Source of the DNA: a virus
Taxonomy: Duplodnaviria > Caudoviricetes
Virus record (IMG/VR): IMGVR_UViG_3300050162_000033
Location: 1 to 25,948 of that record
DNA length: 25,948 bases
Direction: 5' to 3' (one strand)
How positions within the stretch are numbered: position 1 is the stretch's first letter; every line of letters begins with the position of its first letter. This document shows positions 15,338-25,323 of this stretch, one piece after another. The notes under the pieces are model-generated. The model saw only the letters and a program-made list of their open reading frames with translations, was not told where the DNA came from and did not search any database. The translations under genes were made by a program, and so were the position numbers.

Positions 15338-15822
15338 GCTGGACTAAGCGCCAACTCGTAACGCAGGCTTTTGAATCAATCGGCTTGGCGGCGTATGTCT
15401 TCGATCTGACCGCAGATCAGCTGCAAAGCGCCGTCCGACAAATGGATGCCCTGATTGCTGGCTGGGGGGCAAACGGGATCAGAATTTCATATCCATTACC
15501 AACAAAGCCGGATGATTCAGATCTCGATCAGGATTCTGGCATACCTGATTGGGCTGTCGAGGCAGTTTATTCAAATCTGGCAATGAGGCTCGCCCCAGGG
15601 TACGGCAAGACAACCCCCGCAGAAATCAAAGTTCTGGCTGATACGGCATATTCAAATCTGGTGAATCAAGCGGCGCTGCCAATTCCTGAACGCCAATTGC
15701 CGCAGACGATGCCACGAGGTTCTGGGACAAAACCATGGCGTAATTTCAACAATCCGTTTATTAATCGCCCACAAGAGCAAATCACGGCAGGCTCTGACGG
15801 CCCTATTGATATGGACACATAG
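15334..15822 (+). CDS. Head-tail adaptor (P22 gp4-like)
   Basis: W...GI..SY...D.DSGIP.WA..AV..NLA.RLAP.YG...MP.GSG motif and position. Confidence 0.92.
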   Translation: MSWTKRQLVTQAFESIGLAAYVFDLTADQLQSAVRQMDALIAGWGANGIRISYPLPTKPDDSDLDQDSGIPDWAVEAVYSNLAMRLAPGYGKTTPAEIKVLADTAYSNLVNQAALPIPERQLPQTMPRGSGTKPWRNFNNPFINRPQEQITAGSDGPIDMDT

Positions 15823-15824
15823 CT

Positions 15825-16277
15825 ATGTCGAATGTAAATCAGCTTAATGCAGCGGACACAATCAACCAGTCAGATCTTTTTCTGATCTGGCAGCAGCAAA
15901 ATGGCGACTCTAGAAAGGTTTCGGCGTACACGTTGGCACAGTACATCCTGAGCCAGCTGGTGGCCGGGCAGGTAACTCGCCAGTATTCAGCGCCAAGTGC
16001 TACCGGGTTCAGCATCACAGTAACCGACAATCAATCAAACGTGTGGCTGACAATCACCCCGGTGGCCGGTTATGCGGCGGGCACGCTGGTATTGCCTGCA
16101 CTGGCAAATTCCATTGACCAGCAGGAGATCACCGTGAACTGCACGCAAGCGGTTACAACGCTGACAATCAGCGGCAACGGTTCAACTGTGACGGGCGCAC
16201 CAACAACATTGGCAGCCAACGCATACTTTAAGCTTAAATATGATGCTATCATGCACGTATGGTATCGGATTGGATAA
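15825..16277 (+). CDS. Putative virion structural protein
   Basis: N-terminal I/V.QL..A..I...DLF.I.Q...SRKVS attachment-like motif; beta-rich, ends in WYRIG. Confidence 0.65.
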   Translation: MSNVNQLNAADTINQSDLFLIWQQQNGDSRKVSAYTLAQYILSQLVAGQVTRQYSAPSATGFSITVTDNQSNVWLTITPVAGYAAGTLVLPALANSIDQQEITVNCTQAVTTLTISGNGSTVTGAPTTLAANAYFKLKYDAIMHVWYRIG

Positions 16278-16287
16278 GGAATGAATC

Positions 16288-16587
16288 ATGTCAGCACTAC
16301 AACCATTTGATCCACAGTACGGCTCTGGGCAACCATTAACAGCCACGGCATCGTCTCAATACGCGCTTTTCAGTGGCACAAATAAGCAGGTTGTCGTCAC
16401 GAATCTTGGCACAAACGTTGCCTATGTGAAAGTAACAAATGACACCACAAAGGCGGCATCAACAGCAGATATGCCTGTTATTCCGGGGGCACAGATTACT
16501 CTGACAAAGGGCGATGATGATCTGGCAATTGCTTACATATCAGCGGCAGGAACATCACTACATGTGATCACTGGGGAGGGCTGGTAA
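16288..16587 (+). CDS. Putative virion structural protein
   Basis: AAGGA RBS; small beta-sandwich-like composition; ends in GEGW. Confidence 0.65.
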   Translation: MSALQPFDPQYGSGQPLTATASSQYALFSGTNKQVVVTNLGTNVAYVKVTNDTTKAASTADMPVIPGAQITLTKGDDDLAIAYISAAGTSLHVITGEGW

Positions 16588-17213
16588 TGCTAAGGGCGGT
16601 ATCAAACATAATTTATGATCTGCCACCTGCAACTTGGGATCAGATCCTATCGCTAAACACAACAAGCATTCCAATTGGTGCAACAATACGAGCAACCGAT
16701 CTTTCCATGCATCAGTTCGTTTGGGATGGTAGCAACTGGCAGAGCTCGAATGGGGCACTGATTAAAGTTGGGTCTAGTCGGACACAAACAACTGTACTGG
16801 GGTCAACTAGTACATCTAACCAGATTGTTTACACTTCTGTGCTACCCGCTAGTCTGTTGGGCAATAAAGGGGCCCTTCTATTAAAAGCAAAAGCAGCAGG
16901 AGCTGCGTCAACAAATGTAAAAGGGTACGGAATTGTTGATTTAGGGACAACTTCTGAATTAGGTTATGCGCGTTCGGTATCTACTGCGACACCTTTTATT
17001 GATGCTGATATACGTGCAGTATTATCCTCAAATTCATCAATTATGTCTGGGTTGAAATCAAATGTAACATCATATGGATATTCTGGAAGCCTTAACTCAT
17101 ATACTGTTGATTTTACAGTATCGAGAACAATAAATATTGTGAGTCTTGTTCAAAGCGCGTCAGAGTCTTTAATCATGTACGGATATGATCTTTATGCCGA
17201 GAGGATAATTTAA
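16587..17213 (+). CDS. Hypothetical fibre/adhesin-like protein
   Basis: TAATG coupling; FVWDGSNW motif seen in fibre proteins; Ser/Thr-rich, low-GC 3' part. Confidence 0.6.
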   Translation: MLRAVSNIIYDLPPATWDQILSLNTTSIPIGATIRATDLSMHQFVWDGSNWQSSNGALIKVGSSRTQTTVLGSTSTSNQIVYTSVLPASLLGNKGALLLKAKAAGAASTNVKGYGIVDLGTTSELGYARSVSTATPFIDADIRAVLSSNSSIMSGLKSNVTSYGYSGSLNSYTVDFTVSRTINIVSLVQSASESLIMYGYDLYAERII

Positions 17214-17407
17214 TGACCACAAAAACAATCTTAGATGCTGATTTAGCATCGTTTGATTCTACAGATTACCCATGGTGTATTGTCACTGCTGATGGTCATG
17301 TTTTTTATCAGAAAGATGATGTTGCAGCATATCAAACTGCGATGGCTGCACTTGGCCTGACTGTTGATGACAGTGGAAATATAGTTCAACCTGGAGTTCA
17401 GGGGTAA
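17213..17407 (+). CDS. Small acidic hypothetical protein
   Basis: GAGGA RBS and TAATG coupling. Confidence 0.7.
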   Translation: MTTKTILDADLASFDSTDYPWCIVTADGHVFYQKDDVAAYQTAMAALGLTVDDSGNIVQPGVQG

Positions 17408-17409
17408 TC

Positions 17410-18816
17410 ATGCAGATACCAGTGCTTAACGGCATTTACACCGATCAGAATTCTGACTTTCGAACATCATATCCAGTGAATCTTGTTCCGGTGCCAAAGG
17501 ATAGCGGGATATCAAAGGGGTATCTGCGACCAGCTGAAGGAATAATTCAATTCAATTCATCTGATTTGACCGGTATAGATCGTGGTGGGATAAATTGGGG
17601 CGGCGTTTTGTATCGAGTCATCGGAACAAAGCTGATCTCTTTTGATGAGTACGGGGTGCAGACGGTATGCGGTGATGTAGGCGGCGATGGGCAGGTAAGC
17701 ATGGATTACTCATTTGACAAGCTCGCTATTTCATCATCGAAGAAATTGTATTATTGGGATAAATTATCCGTAACCGAAGTTACAGATTCAGATCTTGGTG
17801 AGGTTGTTAATTTCATCTGGGTAGATGGATATTTTATGACTACAGACGGGACGTATCTGGTTGTAACAGAATTAAACGATCCCACATCAGTAGACCCACT
17901 GAAATATGGCAGCGCAGAAGCTGATCCGGACGACATCATGGCTATCGTCAAATTACGAAATGAGCCTTACGCTGTTGGACGTTACACGATAGAAGCATAC
18001 AGCAACACAGGTGGAAATTACTTTCCATTTACGCGCATATCCGGAGCTCAAATAATGCGCGGAAGCATCGGAACTCACACGGTTTGCATTCATCAAGAGG
18101 GGATCGCGTTTCTTGGTGGCGGGAGAAATGAGCAAACCGCGGTATGGTTTGGCGTAAACGGGACATCAACAAAAATATCAACCCGAGAAATAGAGCAAAT
18201 CCTTCTCGAATATACCGATGATGATCTGGCTGATTGCTTGATGGAGTCAAGGGTAACGAACTCTCATCAGTTCCTGTATTTGCATCTTCCTGACAAGACA
18301 CTTGTTTATGATAGCGCGTCATCGCAAGAACTTGGTGATTCAGTGTGGTTTGTGTTGGCGTCTGGGATAGAGCCATATTCCCAGTATCGCGCAAAAAATT
18401 TTGTGTGGTGTTATGGGAAGTGGATCTGTGGTGACCCAACATCAAAAAAGATCGGGTATCTTGCCGATGGCATTTCTTCTCATTATGGTGATATTGCTGG
18501 ATGGGAGTTTGGCACTCAGATCACATATAATAACGGGCAGGGCGTTGTAGTCCATGAACTTGAGCTGGTGTGTCTGTCAGGACGATCAGCATTTGGAGAT
18601 TCTCCTACCATATGGACTTCATATTCAAATGATGGCATGTCCTGGAGCCAGGAAATACCAAGAACCGCCGGGAAATTTGGAGAAAGAAATAAACGCATCA
18701 GCTGGTTGAGGCAGGGATTTTTCAGGCATTGGCGGTGCCAGAGGTTCCGGGGCGACAGTGATTGCCATATCTCAATTGCTAGGCTTGAGGCTAGAATCGA
18801 GGGGATGACATTCTAA
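17410..18816 (+). CDS. Tail hub / DNA stabilization protein (P22 gp10-like)
   Basis: 468 aa; PVNL...K.....GYLR...G, RG......YRV.G.KL, SAE..PD, S.DG..WS and W.R.G motifs. Confidence 0.94.
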   Translation: MQIPVLNGIYTDQNSDFRTSYPVNLVPVPKDSGISKGYLRPAEGIIQFNSSDLTGIDRGGINWGGVLYRVIGTKLISFDEYGVQTVCGDVGGDGQVSMDYSFDKLAISSSKKLYYWDKLSVTEVTDSDLGEVVNFIWVDGYFMTTDGTYLVVTELNDPTSVDPLKYGSAEADPDDIMAIVKLRNEPYAVGRYTIEAYSNTGGNYFPFTRISGAQIMRGSIGTHTVCIHQEGIAFLGGGRNEQTAVWFGVNGTSTKISTREIEQILLEYTDDDLADCLMESRVTNSHQFLYLHLPDKTLVYDSASSQELGDSVWFVLASGIEPYSQYRAKNFVWCYGKWICGDPTSKKIGYLADGISSHYGDIAGWEFGTQITYNNGQGVVVHELELVCLSGRSAFGDSPTIWTSYSNDGMSWSQEIPRTAGKFGERNKRISWLRQGFFRHWRCQRFRGDSDCHISIARLEARIEGMTF

Positions 18817-20030
18817 TGGGAGTAATAACGAGGCAGCAATTAGCGACTTTTGTCAAAGATCCGAGAACCCTAAAGGCTCTTGAGGAAACCATTTCCACGG
18901 TTATTTCTGGCAATAACTCAGCAGCATTATCGCTGGATGATGCAATAAATTCGGCATTTACTGCCAATGCAAAATCACAAGAAGCCATTGATGCGATAAA
19001 CAGATTGGCATCAGCAGTGCAGCTACTGTCGTTATCTCCAGCAGCTCATTGTGACATGGTTGTTCCTGTTGATTATTCAGAGCATAGTCTGAAATCATGG
19101 AATCCAGCATACAAAGAGGGGCGACTCTTTTATGATTACAATGATCATTCTCTTGCATATTACAATGACGCTCAGGATGTAACGCTCAATATCGGGCGTG
19201 AACAACTGGTTCGTGTTTATAACGCAACTGGGGTATCCATAGCAAATGGGCAGATGGTTTATGTTAACGGGGCATCATCTGGATTCCCAACAGTTACGGT
19301 CGCGGTAGCCAGTAGCTCGACAGCGGCGAGTGCTATTATTGGCATGACAACAAGCAGTATTGGTATAGCGTCATTCGGATATGTTACCGTTTCCGGTGTG
19401 GTGAATGGGGTGGATACCAGCGCTTACGCTGCTGGGACTCTGCTTTATCTGTCGGACGTAACCGCTGGCGCAGTAACAAGCACCGCGCCAGTGCAGCCAA
19501 ATTACGTGGTAGAGGTCGGAACGGTTTTATCCCAAAGCGCAACCGCGGGCAAGGTAATGATCCGTCTGGTCAGGCGTGAATGGTTTCCAAATCTTGTTGC
19601 TGTACTGAATACGGCATCCGTAGCACTGCCAACCACGCCAACAGTTATAAAACCAAACATTACAACACGTGCGGAGGGGGTTGGTTATGACTCATCAACC
19701 GGGATATTCACGATCAATCAGTCTCAGAATTACACACTAGCATTCCAGATCAATGCAACTCCGAGTGCGGCAAACAAAAATATTTACCTGTATTCCGAAG
19801 AAAACACCGGATCAGGATGGGCTCCAAATCTTTACTCTGGAAGGCAATTGAATTTGCCAAATGCACAGGAAACTCAGGTTGTGGCGGTTGCATCACGTTA
19901 CTTTGAGGTCGGTACACAGATCCGGTTTTATGTATGGGGTGACGCAACGGTAACGCTGATCACAAGCAACCTGCCTGGAACTACCGCTGGGACGGTGCAA
20001 AAACCAGCATTCAGACTAACAATCGCGTAG
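18816..20030 (+). CDS. Tail needle-like protein (gp26 position) with extended C-terminal domains
   Basis: Directly after gp10; helical N-terminus, then beta-rich domains including C1q/TNF-like YDSSTGIFTINQSQNYTLAFQIN. Confidence 0.65.
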   Translation: MGVITRQQLATFVKDPRTLKALEETISTVISGNNSAALSLDDAINSAFTANAKSQEAIDAINRLASAVQLLSLSPAAHCDMVVPVDYSEHSLKSWNPAYKEGRLFYDYNDHSLAYYNDAQDVTLNIGREQLVRVYNATGVSIANGQMVYVNGASSGFPTVTVAVASSSTAASAIIGMTTSSIGIASFGYVTVSGVVNGVDTSAYAAGTLLYLSDVTAGAVTSTAPVQPNYVVEVGTVLSQSATAGKVMIRLVRREWFPNLVAVLNTASVALPTTPTVIKPNITTRAEGVGYDSSTGIFTINQSQNYTLAFQINATPSAANKNIYLYSEENTGSGWAPNLYSGRQLNLPNAQETQVVAVASRYFEVGTQIRFYVWGDATVTLITSNLPGTTAGTVQKPAFRLTIA

Positions 20031-20039
20031 GAGTGGGAA

Positions 20040-20375
20040 GTGGCTATATCAATTAAATCTTTTTTACCAGCAAAGTTTGCTGAGAATTCGCAAACATCAC
20101 AATACGCCCCCGTTAGTGCCCGGGCTATAATCGATAAATTCACGGCGACGAATTCGGGATCAGCTGTTGTGGTTTTTAGCGTAAACATTGTCCCGAACGG
20201 TGGGGTTGCGTCTGCATCAAACCGCATTCTCTCACTTCGATCAATTATGCCAGGTGAAACGTACAACTGCCCTGAATTGGTTGGTCATGTGCTTGATAAT
20301 GGCGCTGCTATATCCACCCTATGCGATACGGCGTCCGCACTGATAATTTGCATATCTGGCCGAGAAGTGGTGTAA
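20040..20375 (+). CDS. Putative tail-associated structural protein
   Basis: GTG start after GGAG; IIDKFTATN...PGETY.CPELVGHVL..G..IST resembles a recurrent podovirus family. Confidence 0.7.
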   Translation: MAISIKSFLPAKFAENSQTSQYAPVSARAIIDKFTATNSGSAVVVFSVNIVPNGGVASASNRILSLRSIMPGETYNCPELVGHVLDNGAAISTLCDTASALIICISGREVV

Positions 20376-20406
20376 AATGTAACCAGGTCGCAATTGAGTG
20401 AATGAT

Positions 20407-20886
20407 ATGAGCTCTGTCAATGTTGAAAAGGGGATATCTGCCAACAATATGTCTGAAATTTATTCAGACGCTTACATTATTGATGCAATCTCGTTTGGTG
20501 ATAAAAAACCGTTTCCAGTCATTCACGAACTCGCTGACTATGTTTCTGTTTTCATTGATGGTGAGTTCGTGGGTGCAATATTGGTTATCCATTACAGTGG
20601 ATACGAAACAGAAATTCATTCCTTGTTGCTGAAAAAATCAAGGCGGTATTCAAGAGAAATATGCAAGTGCATTTTGAAATATTGTTTTGATGAATGCGAA
20701 ATACTCAGGGTTACGGGGTATGTTATGGAAAAGCTTAACTCAGCAAAAAACAATTTATTGAAATGCGGGTTCACATATGAAGGATTCAGGCGTCATTGCT
20801 ATATGAAGAATGGAGCGCCGGAAGGTATCCACATCCTCGGGATCACAAGACAGGAATGGAGGGATTTTTATGAGCTCAATCGGTAA
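20407..20886 (+). CDS. GNAT-fold protein (P22 gp14 position)
   Basis: EIHSLL...RVTGYV...N..A...L.KCGFTYEG..R...KNG...I.ILGITR.EW is a RimJ-like GNAT pattern. Start is 20398 or 20407. Confidence 0.8.
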   Translation: MSSVNVEKGISANNMSEIYSDAYIIDAISFGDKKPFPVIHELADYVSVFIDGEFVGAILVIHYSGYETEIHSLLLKKSRRYSREICKCILKYCFDECEILRVTGYVMEKLNSAKNNLLKCGFTYEGFRRHCYMKNGAPEGIHILGITRQEWRDFYELNR

Positions 20887-21520
20887 TGCGATTGGAAGTA
20901 TTGTTGGTGGCATAACTGGGACGTCACAACAGGCTGACGCCGCCCAGCAAGCAGCCTCAACGCAGGCAGCTGGCGCGCAATCAGCAATCAATCAGCAAAA
21001 CAGCATGTATGACAGCATTATGCAGTTAATGTCGCCATACATCACATCTGGATCATCCGCGCTTTCACAGCAAAATGCATTACTTGGGCTATCCGGTAAT
21101 GACGCACAAACGAGCGCAATTAATAATGTGAAAACCGGTAGCGCATATCAAACAGCACTAAAGCAAGGCGAAAATTCAATCTTGCAAAATGCATCGGCTA
21201 CAGGCGGGTTGCGTGGTGGGAATACTCAGGCAGCGCTTGAGCAATACAGCCCGACATTACTTAATCAGATGGTGCAGCAGCAATATTCAAATCTGAGCGG
21301 TTTATCTTCTCAGGGTCTCAATGCGGCAAATTCTCAGGCTGGGTATGGGGCAAACACCGCAAACAGCATTAGCAGTTTATTGACGCAGCAAGCAGCGGCT
21401 ACCGCTGGTGGTCAGATCGCTCAAGGCAATCAGGTCGCCAATACGTTCGGCACAGCTTTGTCTGGTATCGGGGCGTTAAAAGGCGTTGGTGGCCTAAGTG
21501 GACTGGCTGCACTTTTTTAG
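20870..21520 (+). CDS. DNA ejection protein (P22 gp7-like)
   Basis: Gly/Ala/Gln-rich; QGENSILQNASATGGLRGGNTQAAL signature; start at ATG 20870 after GGAGG. Confidence 0.9.
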   Translation: MSSIGNAIGSIVGGITGTSQQADAAQQAASTQAAGAQSAINQQNSMYDSIMQLMSPYITSGSSALSQQNALLGLSGNDAQTSAINNVKTGSAYQTALKQGENSILQNASATGGLRGGNTQAALEQYSPTLLNQMVQQQYSNLSGLSSQGLNAANSQAGYGANTANSISSLLTQQAAATAGGQIAQGNQVANTFGTALSGIGALKGVGGLSGLAALF

Positions 21521-21529
21521 GAGAATGAC

Positions 21530-22897
21530 ATGGCTATTGGCCCAATTGATTACACATCAATGCAAACACAGGTAGACCCTTTTGCTAAATTTGCAGAGGG
21601 GTTCAATATTGGTAACGCAATCCGCCAGCAGCAGCTACAGAACCAGCAGCAGGAGCAGGCAGTGCAACTACAGGCGCAATATTCGTCAGATCTGCAATCT
21701 GCAATGCAAAATCCAACGCCGCAGAACATGGCTGCTATGATCGCAAAATATCCGGGGCAGAAGGATGCGCTTGGCCAGTCGTTCAAGGTGCTGACCAACG
21801 ATCAGCAAAAGCAGGAATTGAACAGCGCGACACAGGTCTATTCCGCTCTGCTCAAGGGTAATTACGGCGTAGCAAAGCAGCAGCTTGATAACCACATCTC
21901 AGCCATGGAGAACTCAGGCGAGGACGCATCAAGCCTGAAAACGCTTCGAGACACGATGGAGCAAGATCCAACGGCGGCAACCGCACACGCTGGGCTGGTG
22001 ATCTCATCAATCATGGGCCCTGACAAATTCATGTCAACTTTCGGCGGCCTTGGTGATGAGGCCCGCAAAGAACAGTTGCAGCCATACAACATCATTCAGA
22101 AGGGTGCGGAGGCTTCATTGGCATCGACGAGTGCCCAGAATGCGCCACTAACTCAGGATCTCGCTAATCAGAAAACGGCTCAGGACATCGCCAATTCACA
22201 GAATCAGCAGCGACTTGCCGAACTTGACACACAGATCAAGCAAGCTAACTCAGAAACAGATCGAGGGAAGTTGCAAATTGAGCGCGATAAACTTCAAAAC
22301 GAGATCAACAAAACACAGCAGAAATCTGGTGGGTCACCACAAGCTGCACAGGCTGCCATGGACTCGGCCACACAATTAAATTCCGCTGTTGATGATATTT
22401 TAGGCGATCAGTATTTCAAAGATTCACTGGAGGGTAACTGGGTTGGTGGCGTTGGCAGTCTCGGCGGCAAGGTTGCCGGATGGTTGCCCGGGACAAATCG
22501 AACTGATTTTAACTCAAAAATAAACACGTTAAAATCAAATCTGTATATGGATGCAATCAAGCAGTTGAAAGCGGCTGGCAATGGCTCTACCGGGTTAGGT
22601 GCGATGACAGAACGTGAAGGCGACAAAATCGAATCAGCGATTGCAACAATCAATCCAGATTTAAGCCCAAAGCAGCTAAACAATGCCTTACAGGTAGTTA
22701 AGTCAACAGTAAACAAAGTGCAGAGCCGACTAACTCAATCTGGAAACTTGCCGCAAAAAGGATCTGGATTTGTCATGACTCATCCGGTTTACGGGACGGT
22801 AAGCGAAGGTGATGTGAATAAATTGCTTGAGCAATACCCTGGCTCTACAAGAGAGCAGGTGATTGAGTATCTCAACAAGACAAAGGGGGCTAAATAA
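21530..22897 (+). CDS. DNA ejection protein (gp20 position)
   Basis: PIDY N-terminus, Gln-rich helical protein, GLGAMTEREG motif; second of three ejection genes. Confidence 0.8.
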   Translation: MAIGPIDYTSMQTQVDPFAKFAEGFNIGNAIRQQQLQNQQQEQAVQLQAQYSSDLQSAMQNPTPQNMAAMIAKYPGQKDALGQSFKVLTNDQQKQELNSATQVYSALLKGNYGVAKQQLDNHISAMENSGEDASSLKTLRDTMEQDPTAATAHAGLVISSIMGPDKFMSTFGGLGDEARKEQLQPYNIIQKGAEASLASTSAQNAPLTQDLANQKTAQDIANSQNQQRLAELDTQIKQANSETDRGKLQIERDKLQNEINKTQQKSGGSPQAAQAAMDSATQLNSAVDDILGDQYFKDSLEGNWVGGVGSLGGKVAGWLPGTNRTDFNSKINTLKSNLYMDAIKQLKAAGNGSTGLGAMTEREGDKIESAIATINPDLSPKQLNNALQVVKSTVNKVQSRLTQSGNLPQKGSGFVMTHPVYGTVSEGDVNKLLEQYPGSTREQVIEYLNKTKGAK

Positions 22898-25314
22898 TGG
22901 CAAAGTCACCCAATAGCTACAAAGATCCGTATTGGATGGGTCTGGCATCTACCGCAGAACAGAAAAGCGGTGTAACGCCGGGGCTGCTCCAGTCAATCGT
23001 GATCCATGGGGAAAAGTCAAACGCCGATCAGGTTTCTGAAAAAGGTGCAAAAACTCCATTCCAGATCACGCCCCAAACAAGAAACCTGGCGATCAAGCAA
23101 TACGGCATTGATCCGTACATGTCGGATGAACTGGCGGCGGAGGTCGCCGGTAGATTACTGAAGGATAGCCTCGACCGGAATGGTGGTGATATTTCTCAGG
23201 CGGCTGGTGAGTACATCGGGGGCACTAACCGGAAGAACTGGGGGCCAAAAACTCAGGCGTACATTGACCGGGTAACAAATGGAACCGACAAAATCAAGCT
23301 GGATAAGCTGGGAAGCGATTTTGCTCAGTGGATGCAGGATAACCCGGCAACAGGGCAAACAACGGCCCCGCAAAGCCAGCAAGATCGGATGCCGCAGGAG
23401 ATTGATGTAAACTCGCTGCCAGATCAAAAAGTCAGCGGATCTGATGTGCCAGCCGACAATCAAGATCAAAACGTTAATCCTGATCTGGCAATTGGGTTTG
23501 GGCAGTATATGAAGCAACAGCAGCAAGCACAGCAACAACCGCAAGTAGTCAGGCAGCCTACACTTGGCGAACAGCTTGCAGGTATCGGGGAAGCTGCTTT
23601 AGCTACTGGCACAGGAATGACAACCGGGGCGCTTGGTAACGCATATGGATCGGCATCAGGCATTGCTCAATCATTGTTGAATGGGACATTTGGAACTCAG
23701 CAGGCCGCCGATGCAGTGGAAGCAAAAGCAAATCAGGCAGCGCAAAACCTGACATATCAGCCAAGAACGCAAGCTGGTCAGGACATCATGCAGAATGTCG
23801 TTTCCCCGGTCATGGAGAATCTCGCACCGATTGCGCCAGAGGTCGCCTCTATTGCTCCGGCAGCGGCAAGTTTGCGAGCAAGCGCGCCGATTGCAGCGGG
23901 AGAAGCCGCAAGAGCTGCATCCTTGGCTGGTGACATCGGGAAAAAAACCACTACGGCAGCAATGCGGGCTCCGGCGAAGGTGGCGGAAGGGTTTGGTTTT
24001 AGAGAGCCAACGGAAGCAGTCCAGCCTCGCAATGCTGGCGCAGCAGAAACGGAAGCGGCAACCAGACGGCAGACAGTTGCGGAGGCATTACCCGTTCCAG
24101 TGCAGCTAACAAAGGGGGCGGCCACACGCGAATCTGGACAACTTGCTTTTGAAAAAGAGCAGATGAAAGGCCCGGAGGGTGCACCGCTCAGAAAGCGGGC
24201 AGAGGAAAACAACATACAGGTTTTGGGTAATCTTGAATCAGTTCTTGATAATACTGGTGGCGCGGCTGTTGATCCTGGTGCAACTGGAAACGCCGTGATT
24301 AAGGCTTTATCCAAGGGCTACAACGCAGCAAAAGATCAAACTAGGATCGCATATCAGGCAGCAAGAAATAGCGATGAGGCGCGCGCCCCGGTTGATGCGC
24401 AGCCATTAATTGATCATCTCAATAGCGTACCCGGTGGTCTTAAAACCACAACTCTTGTCGATCATGCAAAACAGTACGCTGAACGGTTAGGGATCGCCTC
24501 CCGTGATGCCGATGGAAACCTTGTCGCAAACCCAACAACTGTTGCCGGGATGGAAGATCTGCGAAAAGAAATAAGCCAGGCGACTGGGTTTGAACCTGTC
24601 GAACAAAGAGACTCAGCAATATTGAAGGGGTTAATCGACCAACAAACCGAACCTGTCGCGGGGCCACTATACAAAACAGCCAGATCGTTACGAAAAGATC
24701 AAGCAGACAAGTATGAAAGCAGGGCGATTGTTGCGCGACTTCTAACAAACAAAAAAGGCATGAATGATCCGCAGGTTGCAGTAGATCAGGTTTTCAATAA
24801 AACCATTTTGAACGGAGCTCCAGAGGAAATTTCATTCCTGAAAGACCTGATGAATTCACAGGGCGTAGATGGGAAACAAGCCTGGAACGAATTGAAGGCC
24901 GCAACCGTAAAGTTCTTGCGCGATGAATCAACGAAGGGGCTTGGTACTGATTCAGGTGATAATCCGCTGGTTTCTCCGGCAAAGCTGAATAATGCAGTAC
25001 AGAGGCTTGATGCAAACGGCAGGCTTGATCTTATTCTTGGCAAATCATCCGCAAATATAATTCGAGATCTGAATGACGTTGTGCAGTATGTGAACACGGT
25101 GCCACCGGGAACATTGGTTAATCATTCTGGGACTGCTGGCGCACTTTTGGGCGCAATCAGTGAGGCTGGGCTCACTGGCGCATTAACTGGATTGCCAATG
25201 CCGGTTGTATCAATTCTGAGGGCTTTAGGTAGACAGGTGAAAAGCAATAAGATAAAGATTAAAATCAATCAGGCATTAAACAATCAACCGAAGCAATCAA
25301 AAGGCAAATTCTAG
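22897..25314 (+). CDS. Large ejection protein (gp16 position) with an N-terminal lytic transglycosylase-like domain
   Basis: AEQKSGV.PGLL.SI..HGEKS....VS.KGA...FQI.P.T...EY.GG....WGP.T.AY..RV resembles an SLT fold; the rest is Ala-rich and helical. Confidence 0.8.
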   Translation: MAKSPNSYKDPYWMGLASTAEQKSGVTPGLLQSIVIHGEKSNADQVSEKGAKTPFQITPQTRNLAIKQYGIDPYMSDELAAEVAGRLLKDSLDRNGGDISQAAGEYIGGTNRKNWGPKTQAYIDRVTNGTDKIKLDKLGSDFAQWMQDNPATGQTTAPQSQQDRMPQEIDVNSLPDQKVSGSDVPADNQDQNVNPDLAIGFGQYMKQQQQAQQQPQVVRQPTLGEQLAGIGEAALATGTGMTTGALGNAYGSASGIAQSLLNGTFGTQQAADAVEAKANQAAQNLTYQPRTQAGQDIMQNVVSPVMENLAPIAPEVASIAPAAASLRASAPIAAGEAARAASLAGDIGKKTTTAAMRAPAKVAEGFGFREPTEAVQPRNAGAAETEAATRRQTVAEALPVPVQLTKGAATRESGQLAFEKEQMKGPEGAPLRKRAEENNIQVLGNLESVLDNTGGAAVDPGATGNAVIKALSKGYNAAKDQTRIAYQAARNSDEARAPVDAQPLIDHLNSVPGGLKTTTLVDHAKQYAERLGIASRDADGNLVANPTTVAGMEDLRKEISQATGFEPVEQRDSAILKGLIDQQTEPVAGPLYKTARSLRKDQADKYESRAIVARLLTNKKGMNDPQVAVDQVFNKTILNGAPEEISFLKDLMNSQGVDGKQAWNELKAATVKFLRDESTKGLGTDSGDNPLVSPAKLNNAVQRLDANGRLDLILGKSSANIIRDLNDVVQYVNTVPPGTLVNHSGTAGALLGAISEAGLTGALTGLPMPVVSILRALGRQVKSNKIKIKINQALNNQPKQSKGKF

Positions 25315-25323
25315 GGGGGTGAC

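Noticed and set aside
20348-20378. Promoter TTGCAT...TAAAAT before the GNAT gene
   Set aside because: The spacer is 19 bp and there is no proper extended -10, so it is too weak to call.
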